From: an uncultured Candidatus Rokubacteria bacterium
GTDB taxonomy: Bacteria > Methylomirabilota > Methylomirabilia > Rokubacteriales > CSP1-6
Length of the DNA: 64,000 nt
Assembly: GCA_963762145.1 (NCBI GenBank)
Contig: CAVXJS010000007.1
Coordinates: 288,001 to 352,000 of the forward strand
Direction of reading: 5' to 3'
Shown: one piece after another, positions 38,974 through 49,047 of the stretch
Layout: each line of letters starts with the position of its first letter
Numbering within the stretch: the first letter of the stretch is position 1
The notes under the pieces: model-generated
Told to the model about the DNA's origin: nothing
What the model saw: only the letters and a program-made list of their open reading frames with translations
The model's database searches: none
Made by a program: the position numbers and the translations under genes

Positions 38974-39073
38974 CCGTTCCCGCGTCGGCGAATCGCGAGG
39001 TTAGACGGGCTCCGCAAACGTTGCGTCCGGAAGGTTTCCTCCAGGCCGAGAAGGGAATTTCCCAGGTTGGCCC

Positions 39074-39688
39074 TCAGGCGACCAGCGCCCGCAGTCGCGC
39101 GAGCGCGTCGGCGCCGTCGAACTGCAGCGTGCGCAGCCCGACCCGGGCGGCGCCCTCGATGTTGTCGGCGCGATCGTCCACGAAGAGGGTGGCCGGGGCG
39201 GGGAGCCCGAGCCGGTCGAGGCAGAGCCGATAGATTTGCGGGTCCGGCTTCGCCAGTCCCACCTCGCACGAGATGACCACCGTGTCGAACCACGCCTCGA
39301 GCGGCCAGCGCGCGCGCACCCGCGCCATCACCTCGGGGCCGCTGTTCGACAGGAAGCCGGTGCGGCCGCCGGTGCGGCGGAACGTCGCCGCGAGTGCCCA
39401 GACCTCGTCGTGGTAGACGCTCCACGACGCGACGTCGGCCTCGATCAGCCCCGCGAGCTCCGTTGCGTCCGGCGCGCCGGCGCCCGGGCGCGCCGCGGCC
39501 AGGACGCGTCCCCAGTACGCCGCGGCGGTGAGATCGGCATCGTAGGCGTGCCGATGCTGCCAGTAGGCGGCCCGGAAGGCGGCGGGATCGGCGCCGATCC
39601 GGCGCGCGGCGGTGTCCATCCACGCCTGGTCCTGCGCGTGGGTGAGCACGTTGCCGTAGTCGAGGATGAGGCCAGCGGGACGGGCCAT
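39074..39688 (-). CDS. HAD-family hydrolase (subfamily IA)
   Basis: ILDYGNVL, LSNS, KPDPQIY, FVDD. Confidence 0.88.
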   Translation of the reverse strand: MARPAGLILDYGNVLTHAQDQAWMDTAARRIGADPAAFRAAYWQHRHAYDADLTAAAYWGRVLAAARPGAGAPDATELAGLIEADVASWSVYHDEVWALAATFRRTGGRTGFLSNSGPEVMARVRARWPLEAWFDTVVISCEVGLAKPDPQIYRLCLDRLGLPAPATLFVDDRADNIEGAARVGLRTLQFDGADALARLRALVA

Positions 39689-39785
39689 GCGCTCGATGCT
39701 ACGCGACCCGGCCCGCTCCGACAAAGCGGAGCCGGCGTGTTACGATGCGGCGATTCATCACGAGCAGAGAGAGGGAGGCGCGCGC

Positions 39786-40568
39786 GTGCCGACACCGGAC
39801 GAGACGCTGGTGACCCGCGAGGGGCCGGTGATGACCCTGACCTTCAACCGCCCCGAGGCGCGCAACGCCATGACCTGGGGCATGTACGACCGCCTCTACC
39901 AGGTGTGCGAGGAGGTGGACGCCGACGACTCGGTGCGGGTGCTGGTCCTCCGCGGCGCGGGCGGCAAGGCCTTCGTGGCCGGAACCGACATCAGCCAGTT
40001 CAAGGTCTTCGACCGGGCCGAGGACGGCATCGCCTACGAGCGCGACGGGGACAAGCGGATGGGGCGCCTCGAGTCCGTGCGCAAGCCGGTCATCGCCCAG
40101 ATCGAGGGCTTCGCGGTGGGGGGCGGCTTCCGCATCGCCACCGCGTGCGACCTGCGCATCGCGACGCCGGACGCGCGCTTCGGCGCGCCGATCGCGCGCA
40201 CGCTGGGCAACTGCCTCTCGATGGCCGCCTACGCGAGCTTCGTGGACGTGTTCGGGCCCTCGCGGCTCAAGGAGCTGATCTTCACCGCGCGCCTGCTCAC
40301 GGCCGAGGAGGCCCACGGGGCGGGCTACGTGCACGAGATCGTGGCCCCGGATCAGATCGGGGCGCGGGTCACCGCGCTGGCCCACCAGATCGCCGACCAC
40401 GCGCCGATCACGCTCTGGGTGACCAAGGAGTCGATCCGGCGTCTCGCGGCGAGCCGGCCCCTGCCGGACGACGAGGACCTGATCGCGACCACCTACATGA
40501 GCGACGACTTCCGTGAGGGGGTGCGCGCCTTCCTCGACAAGCGCAAGCCGCGGTGGAGCGGCAAGTGA
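39786..40568 (+). CDS. Enoyl-CoA hydratase/isomerase family protein
   Basis: FNRPEARNA, AFVAGTDI, GFAVGGG, DFREGVRAFLDKRKP. Confidence 0.92.
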   Translation: MPTPDETLVTREGPVMTLTFNRPEARNAMTWGMYDRLYQVCEEVDADDSVRVLVLRGAGGKAFVAGTDISQFKVFDRAEDGIAYERDGDKRMGRLESVRKPVIAQIEGFAVGGGFRIATACDLRIATPDARFGAPIARTLGNCLSMAAYASFVDVFGPSRLKELIFTARLLTAEEAHGAGYVHEIVAPDQIGARVTALAHQIADHAPITLWVTKESIRRLAASRPLPDDEDLIATTYMSDDFREGVRAFLDKRKPRWSGK

Positions 40569-41086
40569 TCCGGGCGGTGCCGGGCCGCACGCCGCGGGTA
40601 CACCCGGAGGCCTACGTGGACCCGGCGGCCCAGGTGATCGGCGACGTGACCATCGAGGCGGGCGCCAGCGTGTGGCCCGGCACGGTGCTGCGCGGCGACC
40701 AGGACAACTACGTCAAGCTCGGCCGCAACTCCAACGTGCAGGACAACTCGGTGCTCCACGTGACGCCGCAGTTCCCGTGCATCGTGGGCGACAACGTGAC
40801 GATTGGCCACCGCGCGGTGGTCCACGCCTGCGTCGTGATGAACAACTCGCGCATCGGCATCGGCGCGGTGGTGCTGGACGGCGCGGTGGTGGAGGAGGGC
40901 GCGCAGGTGGGCGCGGGGGCGCTCGTGCCGCCCGGCAAGGTGGTGCCGGCGGGCTGGCTCGTCATGGGGGTGCCGGCCAAGCCGGTGCGCCGGATGAGCC
41001 CGGAGGAGCTGGACGACATCCTGCGCAACGCGACGGACTACGTCGACCTCTGGCACCGCGACTACCGATCTGGGGTCAGGTCTTGA
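40565..41086 (+). CDS. Gamma-carbonic-anhydrase-family protein (hexapeptide repeat)
   Basis: IGDVTI, VLRGD, SNVQDNSVLH, VTIGHRAVVHAC, GVPAKPVR; stop supplied by the IR element (GVRS*). Confidence 0.9.
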   Translation: MIRAVPGRTPRVHPEAYVDPAAQVIGDVTIEAGASVWPGTVLRGDQDNYVKLGRNSNVQDNSVLHVTPQFPCIVGDNVTIGHRAVVHACVVMNNSRIGIGAVVLDGAVVEEGAQVGAGALVPPGKVVPAGWLVMGVPAKPVRRMSPEELDDILRNATDYVDLWHRDYRSGVRS

Positions 41087-41162
41087 AATACGACATTCCA
41101 GCCCGCGCCGATTGTCTGCCGACTGCGCGGTGGAAAAATGTCGTAGTTCAAGACCTGACCCC
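41072..41162. repeat. Family B element: 26-bp inverted arms with 39-bp spacer, copy 3
   Basis: GGGGTCAGGTCTTGAAATACGACATT (41072-41097) / AATGTCGTAGTTCAAGACCTGACCCC (41137-41162). Confidence 0.95.
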
Positions 41163-41178
41163 TTCTTAGGACGGCGCC

Positions 41179-41667
41179 GTGGGATATGTGGAGCGGCATC
41201 TGCTGCCGGGCGAGCGCGTGCTGTACAAGACGCGGCTGCACTGGGGTGTCTTCGTCAAGCCGGTCCTGATCGTGCTGGCTGGGGTCGCCCTCATGGTGCT
41301 GCTCCGCCGGGTGCAGGACCCGCCCTGGCTGTGGATGGTCGGCGCGGCGGTCGCGCTGATCGGGCTCGTCTGGAGCTTCGTGTGCTACGTGGAGGTGATG
41401 ACCTCCGAGTTCGCGGTCACCACCTCTCGCCTGATCTTCAAGGTCGGCCTCATCTCCCGCTACACCACCGAGCTCCTGCTCGCCAAGGTGGAGTCCATCG
41501 GCGTGCAGCAGGGGCTCCTCGGCCGCCTCCTCAATTACGGCGACCTCACCGTCACCGGGACCGGCGGCGCGCGCGAGGTCTTCCGTCGGGTGGGCGACCC
41601 GATCGGCTTCCGCAACCACGTGCAGCAGGCGTCGCTCGGATCGGGCGGGGGCCCGATCGAAGGCTGA
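41179..41667 (+). CDS. Membrane protein with bacterial PH domain (bPH_2)
   Basis: YVERHLLPGERV, two TM helices, EFAVTTSRLIFKVG, QGLLGRLLNYGDL. Confidence 0.85.
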   Translation: MGYVERHLLPGERVLYKTRLHWGVFVKPVLIVLAGVALMVLLRRVQDPPWLWMVGAAVALIGLVWSFVCYVEVMTSEFAVTTSRLIFKVGLISRYTTELLLAKVESIGVQQGLLGRLLNYGDLTVTGTGGAREVFRRVGDPIGFRNHVQQASLGSGGGPIEG

Positions 41668-41691
41668 GCCGCCGGTCCGATCCGGGATCCG

Positions 41692-42480
41692 CTATCTCGC
41701 CCCCGGCGTGGCCCCCAGGTCCCGCGCGGTCCGGATGTCGGCGCTCTGGTCGCGCAGGATCGTCGGGCTGATCACCATCTCCTCGATCACGGTGCGCGCG
41801 GGCAGCGTCACGCAGAGCATGATCGCCTGCGCCACGTCGTCGGCCTGCATCATGCTGGCGCGGGCCTTGGCGTCGGGAACGAGCGGGCGGTTGTCGAGGA
41901 TCGGGGTGTCCACCTCGGCGGGCATGATGGTCGTCGCGCGGATGCCCTTCTCGCGCAGCACCGTGTGGACGTGGCCCATCAGGTTGCGCACCCCCGCCTT
42001 GGCCGCTCCGTAGGGCGCGCCCCCGATGAGGCCGGGCTTGAGCGCGGCGAGCGAGCTCACGGTCACGATGGTGCCCCCGCCGCGCTCGATCATGTTCGGC
42101 AGCACCGCCTGGGTCAGGGCGTAGACGCCGGTCAGGTTCACCGCGACCACCGCGTCCCAGTCGTCCTGCTCGACCCAGCGGACGTTGCGGCGCTTGCTCG
42201 AGTGCCCCGCGTTGTTGACGAGCACGTCCACGCGGCCGTACTGGGCCACCGTCCACTCGGCGAGCGCGCGCGCCTCGGCCGGCTTCGCCACGTCGCAGGC
42301 CCGCGCCACCGCGCGGCCGCCCGCCTTGGCGATCTCGGCGGCCACCGCCTCGATCGGCGCCTTGCGCCGGCTCGCCACCACCACCTGCGCGCCCTCGGCG
42401 GCCAGCATCAGCGCCGCCGCGCGGCCGATGCCGGTGCCGCCTCCCGTCATGATCGCGACCTGTCCGTCGAGCACTCCCAT
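41692..42480 (-). CDS. SDR-family oxidoreductase
   Basis: TGGGTGIG, LVNNAG, YGAAK. Confidence 0.92.
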   Translation of the reverse strand: MGVLDGQVAIMTGGGTGIGRAAALMLAAEGAQVVVASRRKAPIEAVAAEIAKAGGRAVARACDVAKPAEARALAEWTVAQYGRVDVLVNNAGHSSKRRNVRWVEQDDWDAVVAVNLTGVYALTQAVLPNMIERGGGTIVTVSSLAALKPGLIGGAPYGAAKAGVRNLMGHVHTVLREKGIRATTIMPAEVDTPILDNRPLVPDAKARASMMQADDVAQAIMLCVTLPARTVIEEMVISPTILRDQSADIRTARDLGATPGAR

Positions 42481-42507
42481 GGCGTGTCCTCCGGTCCGCG
42501 GGCCGGC

Positions 42508-43131
42508 TCAGCGCCAGGCCCAGACGGGCTGTTCGAAATGGTTCACGCGCGTCGGCCGTCCGTGGACGACCACCTCGCGCATCTGGTAGAGCACGGCCGC
42601 GGTCGGCGCGTGGATCAAGGTGCCGAGCAGGGGTAGCTGGATCACCGGGCGGTCGCTCTCCGGGATGCGGATGAAGCGCGGCACGTCCGGCCCCTCGAGA
42701 TCGTCGAGCGGCACGTGGTAGATCTTGGCCACCTCCGTCGGGTTCGGTACGAGCTCGTGATCGGGCTCGGCCCACACGACCACCGGGGTGATGATGAAGC
42801 CCGACCGGGTGCCGTAGTCGTCGAGCACGCCCAGCACCGTGCTCTCGTCGAGGGTCAGGCCCACCTCCTCCTGCAGCTCGCGCAGCGCGGCCCGCTCCGC
42901 GGTCTCGCCCGCGTCGACCCGGCCGCCCGGCAGCGCCCATTGGCCACCGTGTTTGCGCAGAGTCGCGGCCCGCCGCGTGATGAGAAAGCATGGGCGACCG
43001 TCCGCGTCCGGGAGCAGCACCTCGGCCACCGCGGCCCGCCGCCGGCCGTCGTCGGGCAGGGACTGCCGCTCGAAGGACGCCAGGTTGGCGCGCGCCCGGT
43101 CGAGCAGCGCGCCGTCCAGCCGCGCCGCCAC
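42508..43131 (-). CDS. NUDIX hydrolase, CoA pyrophosphatase type
   Basis: HGGQWALPGGRVDAGETAERAALRELQEEVGL Nudix box, NPTEV. Confidence 0.9.
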   Translation of the reverse strand: MAARLDGALLDRARANLASFERQSLPDDGRRRAAVAEVLLPDADGRPCFLITRRAATLRKHGGQWALPGGRVDAGETAERAALRELQEEVGLTLDESTVLGVLDDYGTRSGFIITPVVVWAEPDHELVPNPTEVAKIYHVPLDDLEGPDVPRFIRIPESDRPVIQLPLLGTLIHAPTAAVLYQMREVVVHGRPTRVNHFEQPVWAWR

Positions 43132-43132
43132 G

Positions 43133-43924
43133 CTAGTAGGCCGGAAGCTTCCCGACCTTGGTGCCGGTCTTCCGCACGATGCCGACTTCCTCGGCGGCCT
43201 TGGCGGCCATGTGCCGGCTGTCGCTGGCCAGGGTCACGAACTGGTAGCCCTCCGCGATCATCTTGAGCGAGTAGGCCGCGGTGGCGTTGTGGATGCCCGC
43301 GACCACGTTGTGCCGCTTGCAGGCCGCCACGATCTTCTTCTGGGCGTCCACCACCGGCGGGTCGGTCTGATCGAGGCGGGGCTTGAGGCCCATGGCCAGG
43401 CTCAGGTCGGAGGGGCCCACGTAGATGGCGTCCACCCCGTCCACGCTCAGGATCTCGTCGAGGTTCTTGAGCGCCTCCGCGGTCTCGATCATCGGCATCA
43501 CGATGGTCTCGACGTTGGCGTGGTCGCCGTAGTCGGTCCCGGCGTAGAGGGACGCGCGCACCGGCCCCCAGCTCCGGAAGCCGCGCGGCGGGTACTTGCA
43601 CGCGCGCACCATCGCCTCCGCCTCCTGCGCGGTGTTGATCATCGGGCAGATGACGCCGTAGGCGCCCGCGTCGAGGATCTTCATGAGCCGGGCCGGGTCG
43701 TTCCACGGCACGCGGGCCAGGGGCACCACGCCCAGGGTGGAGATGCCCTGCAGCATGCTCACCGCGACCTGGTAGTCGACGACGCCGTGCTGCATGTCGA
43801 TGGTCAGCGAGTCGAACCCCTGGTGGGCCATCACCTCGGCCGAGAAGCCGCTCGGGATCGACAGCCACCCGTTCACGACCGCCTCGCCGCGGGCCCAGAT
43901 CTTCTTCAGCGTGTTCTCTCTCAC
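43133..43924 (-). CDS. HpcH/HpaI aldolase family protein
   Basis: IDMQHG, LDAGAYGVICPMI, MIETAEA, YVGPSDLSL. Confidence 0.92.
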   Translation of the reverse strand: MRENTLKKIWARGEAVVNGWLSIPSGFSAEVMAHQGFDSLTIDMQHGVVDYQVAVSMLQGISTLGVVPLARVPWNDPARLMKILDAGAYGVICPMINTAQEAEAMVRACKYPPRGFRSWGPVRASLYAGTDYGDHANVETIVMPMIETAEALKNLDEILSVDGVDAIYVGPSDLSLAMGLKPRLDQTDPPVVDAQKKIVAACKRHNVVAGIHNATAAYSLKMIAEGYQFVTLASDSRHMAAKAAEEVGIVRKTGTKVGKLPAY

Positions 43925-43936
43925 GTCGATCTCCTG

Positions 43937-45103
43937 TCAGATGACCTTGTCGTTGCGGAGGGAGGTGATGTCGGCCGGGGAATAGCCCAGCTCGGCCAGG
44001 ATCTCGTCGTTGTGCTCCCCGGTGTCGGGCGCGGGCATGCGGACGCCGCCCGGGGTGCGGGAGAGCGTGACCGGCGGGGCCTGCACGAAGAGCTCGCCGA
44101 GGGCGGGGTGCTTCACCGGCACCGCCATCTTCAGATGCCGGATCTGCTCGTTCTCGTAGACCTGCTTCACGTCCAGGATGGGGCCGGAGGGCACGCCCTT
44201 GGTGTTGAGCAGCTCGACCCACTCCTGGGTACTGCGCTTGGCGAACGCCTTCTCGAGCTCCACCGCGAGCGCCTTGCGGTTCTTGGAGCGGTCCGGGGCG
44301 GTGCGGAAGCGCGGATCCTCCAGCAGCGGCTCGGTGCCGAGCGTCTCGCAAAGCCGCCGGAACATGTGCTGGCCCGAGGCCGCGATGTTGAGATGGCCGT
44401 CCGCGGTCTTGAAGACCCCGGTGGGGATCGCGGTGGGATGGTCGTTGCCGGCCTGCGGGGGGATCTCCTTGCCGATGAGCCAGCGCGAGGCCTGGAAATC
44501 CAGCATGGTCACCATCGCCTGCAGCAGCGAGGTGTGCACCCACTGGCCCTTCCCGGAGCGCTCGCGCTCGAGCAGCGCGACCAGGATGCCCTGGGCCAGG
44601 AAGATGCCCGCGGTGAGATCCGCGACCGGGATGCCGACGCGCACCGGGCCCTGGCCGGGCAGGCCGGTGATCGACATGAGCCCGCCCATGCCCTGGGCGA
44701 TCTGGTCGTAGCCCGGCCGGTCGCGGTAGGGCCCGTCCTGGCCGAAGCCGGAGATGCTGCCGTACACCAGGCGCGGGTTGATCTTGGAAAGCGTCTCGTA
44801 GTCGATGCCGAGGCGCGTCTTCACGTCGGGCCGGAAGTTCTCCACGACGACATCCGCGTTCTTGACGAGCTTGTGGATGATCTCGATGCCGCGCGGCGAC
44901 TTGAGATCCAGTGTCAGCGAGCGCTTGTTGCGGTGGAGGTTCTGCGAGTCGAAGCCGCGGCGGGGGAAGTCGCCCTCCACGTCCTCGCGCGCCGAGATCT
45001 GGACCACGCGCGCGCCCATGTCCGCGAGCTGGCGAACGCAGGTCGGGCCCGAGCGGGCCCGCGTGAGATCGATCACCGTGTACGGCGACAGCGGCAGCGT
45101 CAT
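43937..45103 (-). CDS. CaiB/BaiF family III CoA-transferase
   Basis: HRNKRSLTLDLK, VENFRP, SGFGQDGPY, GYDQIAQ, APDTGEH. Confidence 0.92.
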   Translation of the reverse strand: MTLPLSPYTVIDLTRARSGPTCVRQLADMGARVVQISAREDVEGDFPRRGFDSQNLHRNKRSLTLDLKSPRGIEIIHKLVKNADVVVENFRPDVKTRLGIDYETLSKINPRLVYGSISGFGQDGPYRDRPGYDQIAQGMGGLMSITGLPGQGPVRVGIPVADLTAGIFLAQGILVALLERERSGKGQWVHTSLLQAMVTMLDFQASRWLIGKEIPPQAGNDHPTAIPTGVFKTADGHLNIAASGQHMFRRLCETLGTEPLLEDPRFRTAPDRSKNRKALAVELEKAFAKRSTQEWVELLNTKGVPSGPILDVKQVYENEQIRHLKMAVPVKHPALGELFVQAPPVTLSRTPGGVRMPAPDTGEHNDEILAELGYSPADITSLRNDKVI

Positions 45104-46003
45104 CGCGCTCCTCCTGGCTTGGGCTGGGCGGGCATGATCGCCGAGCCGGTCTGCGATTGCGGGTTCCGGAGCGGCCAGCGGCCGGCGTCCACCGCGGTGA
45201 GGAAGTCGAGCAGCGTCCGGTTGAAGGTCTCCGGGTCCTCGAGATTGATCGTGTGCCCGGCCTTCGGCATGACCACGAGGCCCGACGAGCGGATCTTGCG
45301 CTTCATGAAGATGCCGGGCTCGAGGCAGGGATCGTCCTCGTCGCCGGTCACGATCAGGGTCGGCACCTCGAGCTTCTCCATCGCGGCCTCCAGCTCGAAG
45401 ATGGAGGGCCGCGACATCTGCACCCCGCGCATGGTGAGCGCGTGGCCCTTGGCGGACTGGCGCGACGAACTGGTCGTAGAACTCCTGCCAGCCCTTCGGG
45501 TCCTTGTCCATGAACTGCACGCGGGTGGGACCCTTGGTGTAGAAGGACGCGACGCCCACCATGCCCTCGGTGTCGAAGCGCCGCGCGGTCTCGTCCACGT
45601 CCTTCCGGAAGCGCTCGCGCTCGCCGGGGACGCTGCCGTAGCCCGCGCCCGCGACCGTGAGCGAGAGCGCCCGCCCGGGATGACGGAGGCCGAAGTGGAG
45701 CACCGCGTAGCCGCCCATGGACAGCCCGCAGATGTGGGCCTTGGGGATCTTGAGGTGATCCAGAATTCCCAGAATGTCGTCGGCGGCCTGGACCTGCGAG
45801 TACGCCTCCGGCTTGTCGGGGACGTCGGAGGGCGGGTAGCCGCGCGCGTTGTACGCGATGGTGCGGTAGCGCCGGGCGAAGAAGCGCACCTGGAGGTGCC
45901 AGCTCTGGTAGTCGCCCGCGAACTCGTGGACGAAGATCAGGGGCGCGCCCTGTCCCGTCTCCTCGTAGAACAGCTTGATTCCGCTGACGTCGGCGAACGG
46001 CAT
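45100..46003 (-). CDS. Alpha/beta hydrolase with apparent frameshift at ~45460
   Basis: VHEFAGD, YNARGYPPS, GLSMGG in one frame; GDEDDPC...AGHTINLE in the other. Confidence 0.82.
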
Positions 46004-46094
46004 GGCTCGGCTCCGATCCGGGTAACGGCCCGTGCGGATTGTACAACAAGGAGCCTCTTGACGGGGACGCGGGTTCGGGCTGATGCTCGCGCCC

Positions 46095-46967
46095 ATGAAA
46101 AGACTCCTGGTGACGCTCGTGCTGGGCGGAGTGATGGCGACGGCCGGGTGCGCGTCGACGGGGCCGGGCGCCCCGCCGACGGGGACGCTCGAGCGCATCA
46201 AGGCGACGAAGACGATCGCCCTGGGTTACCGCGACTCGTCGCTGCCCTTCTCGTACGCGGGGCCCGCCAAGGAGCCGATGGGCTACTCGGTGGATCTCTG
46301 CACCCGCGTGCTCGAGGATCTGCGGACCGAGCTCAAGCTGCCCGACCTCCAGCCCCGCTGGGTGCCGGTGACCGTCGAGACGCGGGTGCGCGCGATCGTG
46401 GACGGGACGATCGACCTCGAGTGCGGCTCGACGACCAATACTCTCTCGCGCCAGGAGCGGGTGGACTTCAGCCTGACCACCTTCATCACCGGGGCGAGCC
46501 TGCTCTCCCTCGCCGGCTCGAACGTGGGCGAGCAGCTCGGGGCGATCCGGATCGCGGTCATTCCGGGAACCACCACCGAGCAGCTGGTCAAGAACGCGAT
46601 CACGAGCACGGGCGCCACCGCGGCCGAGGCGAAGCTGGTCGCGGTGAACGACCACGCCGACGGGCTGACCGCGGTGCTCGAGCGACGCGCCGAGGTCTAT
46701 GCCACCGATCGCGCCATTTTGATGGGCCTCGTGACGAGCATGGGCGATCCGCGGCAGTTCGTGCTGCTCGACCGCTATCTCTCCTACGAGCCCTACGCGC
46801 TCATGCTCCGCCGCGATCCCGAGTTCCGGCTCGCGGTCAACCGGACGCTGGCCCGGCTCTACCGCTCCGGCCAGGTGCTCGAGATCTACCGCCGGTGGTT
46901 CGGCCAGTGGGGCGCCCCGAGCCCGCTCATGCTCGGGATGTACGCCATCGAGGGCTTGCCGGAGTAG
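46095..46967 (+). CDS. Orphan amino-acid ABC substrate-binding lipoprotein (GltI-like)
   Basis: Lipobox TAGC; GYRDSSLPFSY, GYSVDLC, DLECGSTTNT, YEPYALM. Confidence 0.9.
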   Translation: MKRLLVTLVLGGVMATAGCASTGPGAPPTGTLERIKATKTIALGYRDSSLPFSYAGPAKEPMGYSVDLCTRVLEDLRTELKLPDLQPRWVPVTVETRVRAIVDGTIDLECGSTTNTLSRQERVDFSLTTFITGASLLSLAGSNVGEQLGAIRIAVIPGTTTEQLVKNAITSTGATAAEAKLVAVNDHADGLTAVLERRAEVYATDRAILMGLVTSMGDPRQFVLLDRYLSYEPYALMLRRDPEFRLAVNRTLARLYRSGQVLEIYRRWFGQWGAPSPLMLGMYAIEGLPE

Positions 46968-46976
46968 CCGCCGCGG

Positions 46977-48005
46977 TCAGAAGCTGAACCCCGCGCCCAG
47001 GATGTAGCGCTGGTCCGTGCTCCCACGGCCGGAGGACGGTGTCGCGTCGTAGCGATATTCGTAGCGCAGCTCGGCAAAGAGCCCCTTCCACACCGCCAGG
47101 CGGGCCCCCGCGTCGATGTTGAGCAGGTAGTCGCCGGAGAAGTCCTTGAAGCTCGGGATGTACTCGAGCTTGTGGTACAGCAGGAGCGGGTCGATGGGAG
47201 TCCAGTCGACCGAATAGGCCAGACGTAGTCCGAAGAACTCCTTCGTCCTGCCGCGCGTGTAGTTCTCGTACACCCATACCACGCCGAGCTCGTTGGAGAG
47301 ATTGAAGGTCCGGCTCTCGAACCACTGGTAGCCGACGCCGGTGCCGGGGGCCACCCGTACCTCCAGATCCGCCACCCCGTCCCGCTCCACCTTCGTGCTG
47401 AGGTAGCCATAGAAATGCCCGGTGAAGAAGTGATCGTACTTCGCCAGTCCCATGGCGTAGTCGACCGTGGTGGACTTGTCGCCGGTGTCCGGGTCCTCCT
47501 GACGGCCGAAGGTGTACTCGGCCCCGAAGGTGAGGCGATCGCGCGGCCAGCGCTTGGAGAGGGCGCCCCGGAAGCCGACCTGCTCCGTCTCGGAGTTGCC
47601 GCTCGTGACCAGGCCGTTCAGGGAGAACGAGCCGGTCCAGCTCGGCGGGGCGGGGTTGATCGCGTTGATGTCGGCGATGGCCAGCGGCTGTGGCGATTGC
47701 CCGGGAGCGGGCGCGGTCTGCACGAAGCGATCGGGTCCCGCGGCCACGTCCGAGCTCACGACCGGCTGCTCCTTGACCTCGACCGCGACCGGCGCGTCGG
47801 TCGAGAAGGTCTTCACCTTCGACATGTCGACGACGACGTCGCCCGCGCCCTCCGTCTTGATCGTGAGCTTGCCGCCGGTGGCCTTGAGGATCTTCCCGGT
47901 CAGCCGGTCGCCGTTGAGGAAGAGCACCTCATCGCCCCGGGCCCGGCCGACCGGGCAGATGACGAGGAGCAGGATCGGAAGGAACAGCAAGATCGACCGT
48001 CGCAT
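46977..48005 (-). CDS. DUF481/YdiY-family outer-membrane beta-barrel protein
   Basis: Signal peptide; NGDRLTG N-terminal domain; TSGNSET; C-terminal GAGFSF with terminal Phe. Confidence 0.8.
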   Translation of the reverse strand: MRRSILLFLPILLLVICPVGRARGDEVLFLNGDRLTGKILKATGGKLTIKTEGAGDVVVDMSKVKTFSTDAPVAVEVKEQPVVSSDVAAGPDRFVQTAPAPGQSPQPLAIADINAINPAPPSWTGSFSLNGLVTSGNSETEQVGFRGALSKRWPRDRLTFGAEYTFGRQEDPDTGDKSTTVDYAMGLAKYDHFFTGHFYGYLSTKVERDGVADLEVRVAPGTGVGYQWFESRTFNLSNELGVVWVYENYTRGRTKEFFGLRLAYSVDWTPIDPLLLYHKLEYIPSFKDFSGDYLLNIDAGARLAVWKGLFAELRYEYRYDATPSSGRGSTDQRYILGAGFSF

Positions 48006-48083
48006 GGACCGGACCCTCCTGTTGGATCGTGGTGACCGCGCATGGACCATTGTTGCTCCGGTGGCACGGAAGACGGGCCGCAT

Positions 48084-48112
48084 TTGACAAGCGCGAGCCC
48101 CCTGGCGACAAT
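48084..48112 (+). promoter_or_regulatory. Sigma-70-type promoter for the ICL-family lyase
   Basis: TTGACA-N17-GACAAT. Confidence 0.6.
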
Positions 48113-48183
48113 CGGCTTCGCCGCCGAGCCTCAGATCGCCACGCTGTCCCCGTCGGGCCGAACGCCCGGGAAAGGTTTTCCGT

Positions 48184-49047
48184 ATGCGAGCCACGACGCG
48201 CCTTCGCCAGATGCTCAATGCCCCCGGGATCATCGTCGCGCCCGGAGCCTACGACGGCTTCTCCGCGCGCCTGATCGAGGCGGCCGGCTTCCAGGCGGTG
48301 TACATGACCGGCGCGGGCACCGCCGCCTCCCATCTCGGCCAGCCCGACCTCGGTCTGGCCACCCTCACCGAGATGGCCAACCACGCCGGCCATCTCGCCT
48401 CGTGCGTCTCGCTGCCGGTGGTCGCCGACGCCGACACCGGATACGGCAACGTGCTCAACGTGGTGCGGACGGTGCGCGAGTACGAGAAGGCGGGAGTGGC
48501 CGGCCTCCATATCGAGGACCAGGTGGCGCCCAAGAAGTGCGGGCACATCGCGGGCAAGCAGGTGATCCCGACCGAGGAGTTCTGCGACAAGATCCGCGCC
48601 GCGTCCGAGTACCGGACCGATCCCGACTTCGTCATCATCGCCCGCACCGACGCCCGCGCGGTCACCTCGCTGGAGGACGCGATCGACCGCGGCAATCGCT
48701 ACGCGCAGGCGGGCGCCGACCTGATCTTCTTCGAGGCGCCGCAGACCGAGGACGAGATCCGGCGGGTCGCGAAGGAGATCAAGGCGCCGCTGCTCGCCAA
48801 CATGGTGATCGGCGGCAAGACGCCCGCGATCAAGGTCTCCGAGCTCGAGCGCCTGGGCTTCAAGATGGTGATCTTCCCCGCGGTGTGCATGGCCGCCGCG
48901 GTGCCCGCGATGGAGAAGTCGCTCGCGTTCCTGAAGGAGAACGGCACCGACTGGCAGCCCGGCCCGGTGCTGGGCCCGATGGACATCTTTCGCCGGGTGG
49001 GCTTCGACTGGTGGCACGGTATCGAGGAGAAGTTCGCGGGGCGGTGA
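48184..49047 (+). CDS. Isocitrate lyase/PEP mutase family enzyme (methylisocitrate/2,3-dimethylmalate lyase-like)
   Basis: DADTGYG, HIEDQVAPKKCGH, IARTDA. Confidence 0.9.
   Translation: MRATTRLRQMLNAPGIIVAPGAYDGFSARLIEAAGFQAVYMTGAGTAASHLGQPDLGLATLTEMANHAGHLASCVSLPVVADADTGYGNVLNVVRTVREYEKAGVAGLHIEDQVAPKKCGHIAGKQVIPTEEFCDKIRAASEYRTDPDFVIIARTDARAVTSLEDAIDRGNRYAQAGADLIFFEAPQTEDEIRRVAKEIKAPLLANMVIGGKTPAIKVSELERLGFKMVIFPAVCMAAAVPAMEKSLAFLKENGTDWQPGPVLGPMDIFRRVGFDWWHGIEEKFAGR

Noticed and set aside
43937-46201. Hydrolase-CaiB fusion protein (754-aa ORF)
   Set aside because: It arises from the frameshift at ~45460. The true hydrolase C-terminus is in another frame and ends at 45100, overlapping the CaiB start.
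42839-46987. Very long alternative-frame ORFs (e.g. 1382 aa on +) and other antisense ORFs in the track
   Set aside because: They are shadow ORFs expected in high-GC DNA, overlap well-supported genes and have no recognisable motifs.
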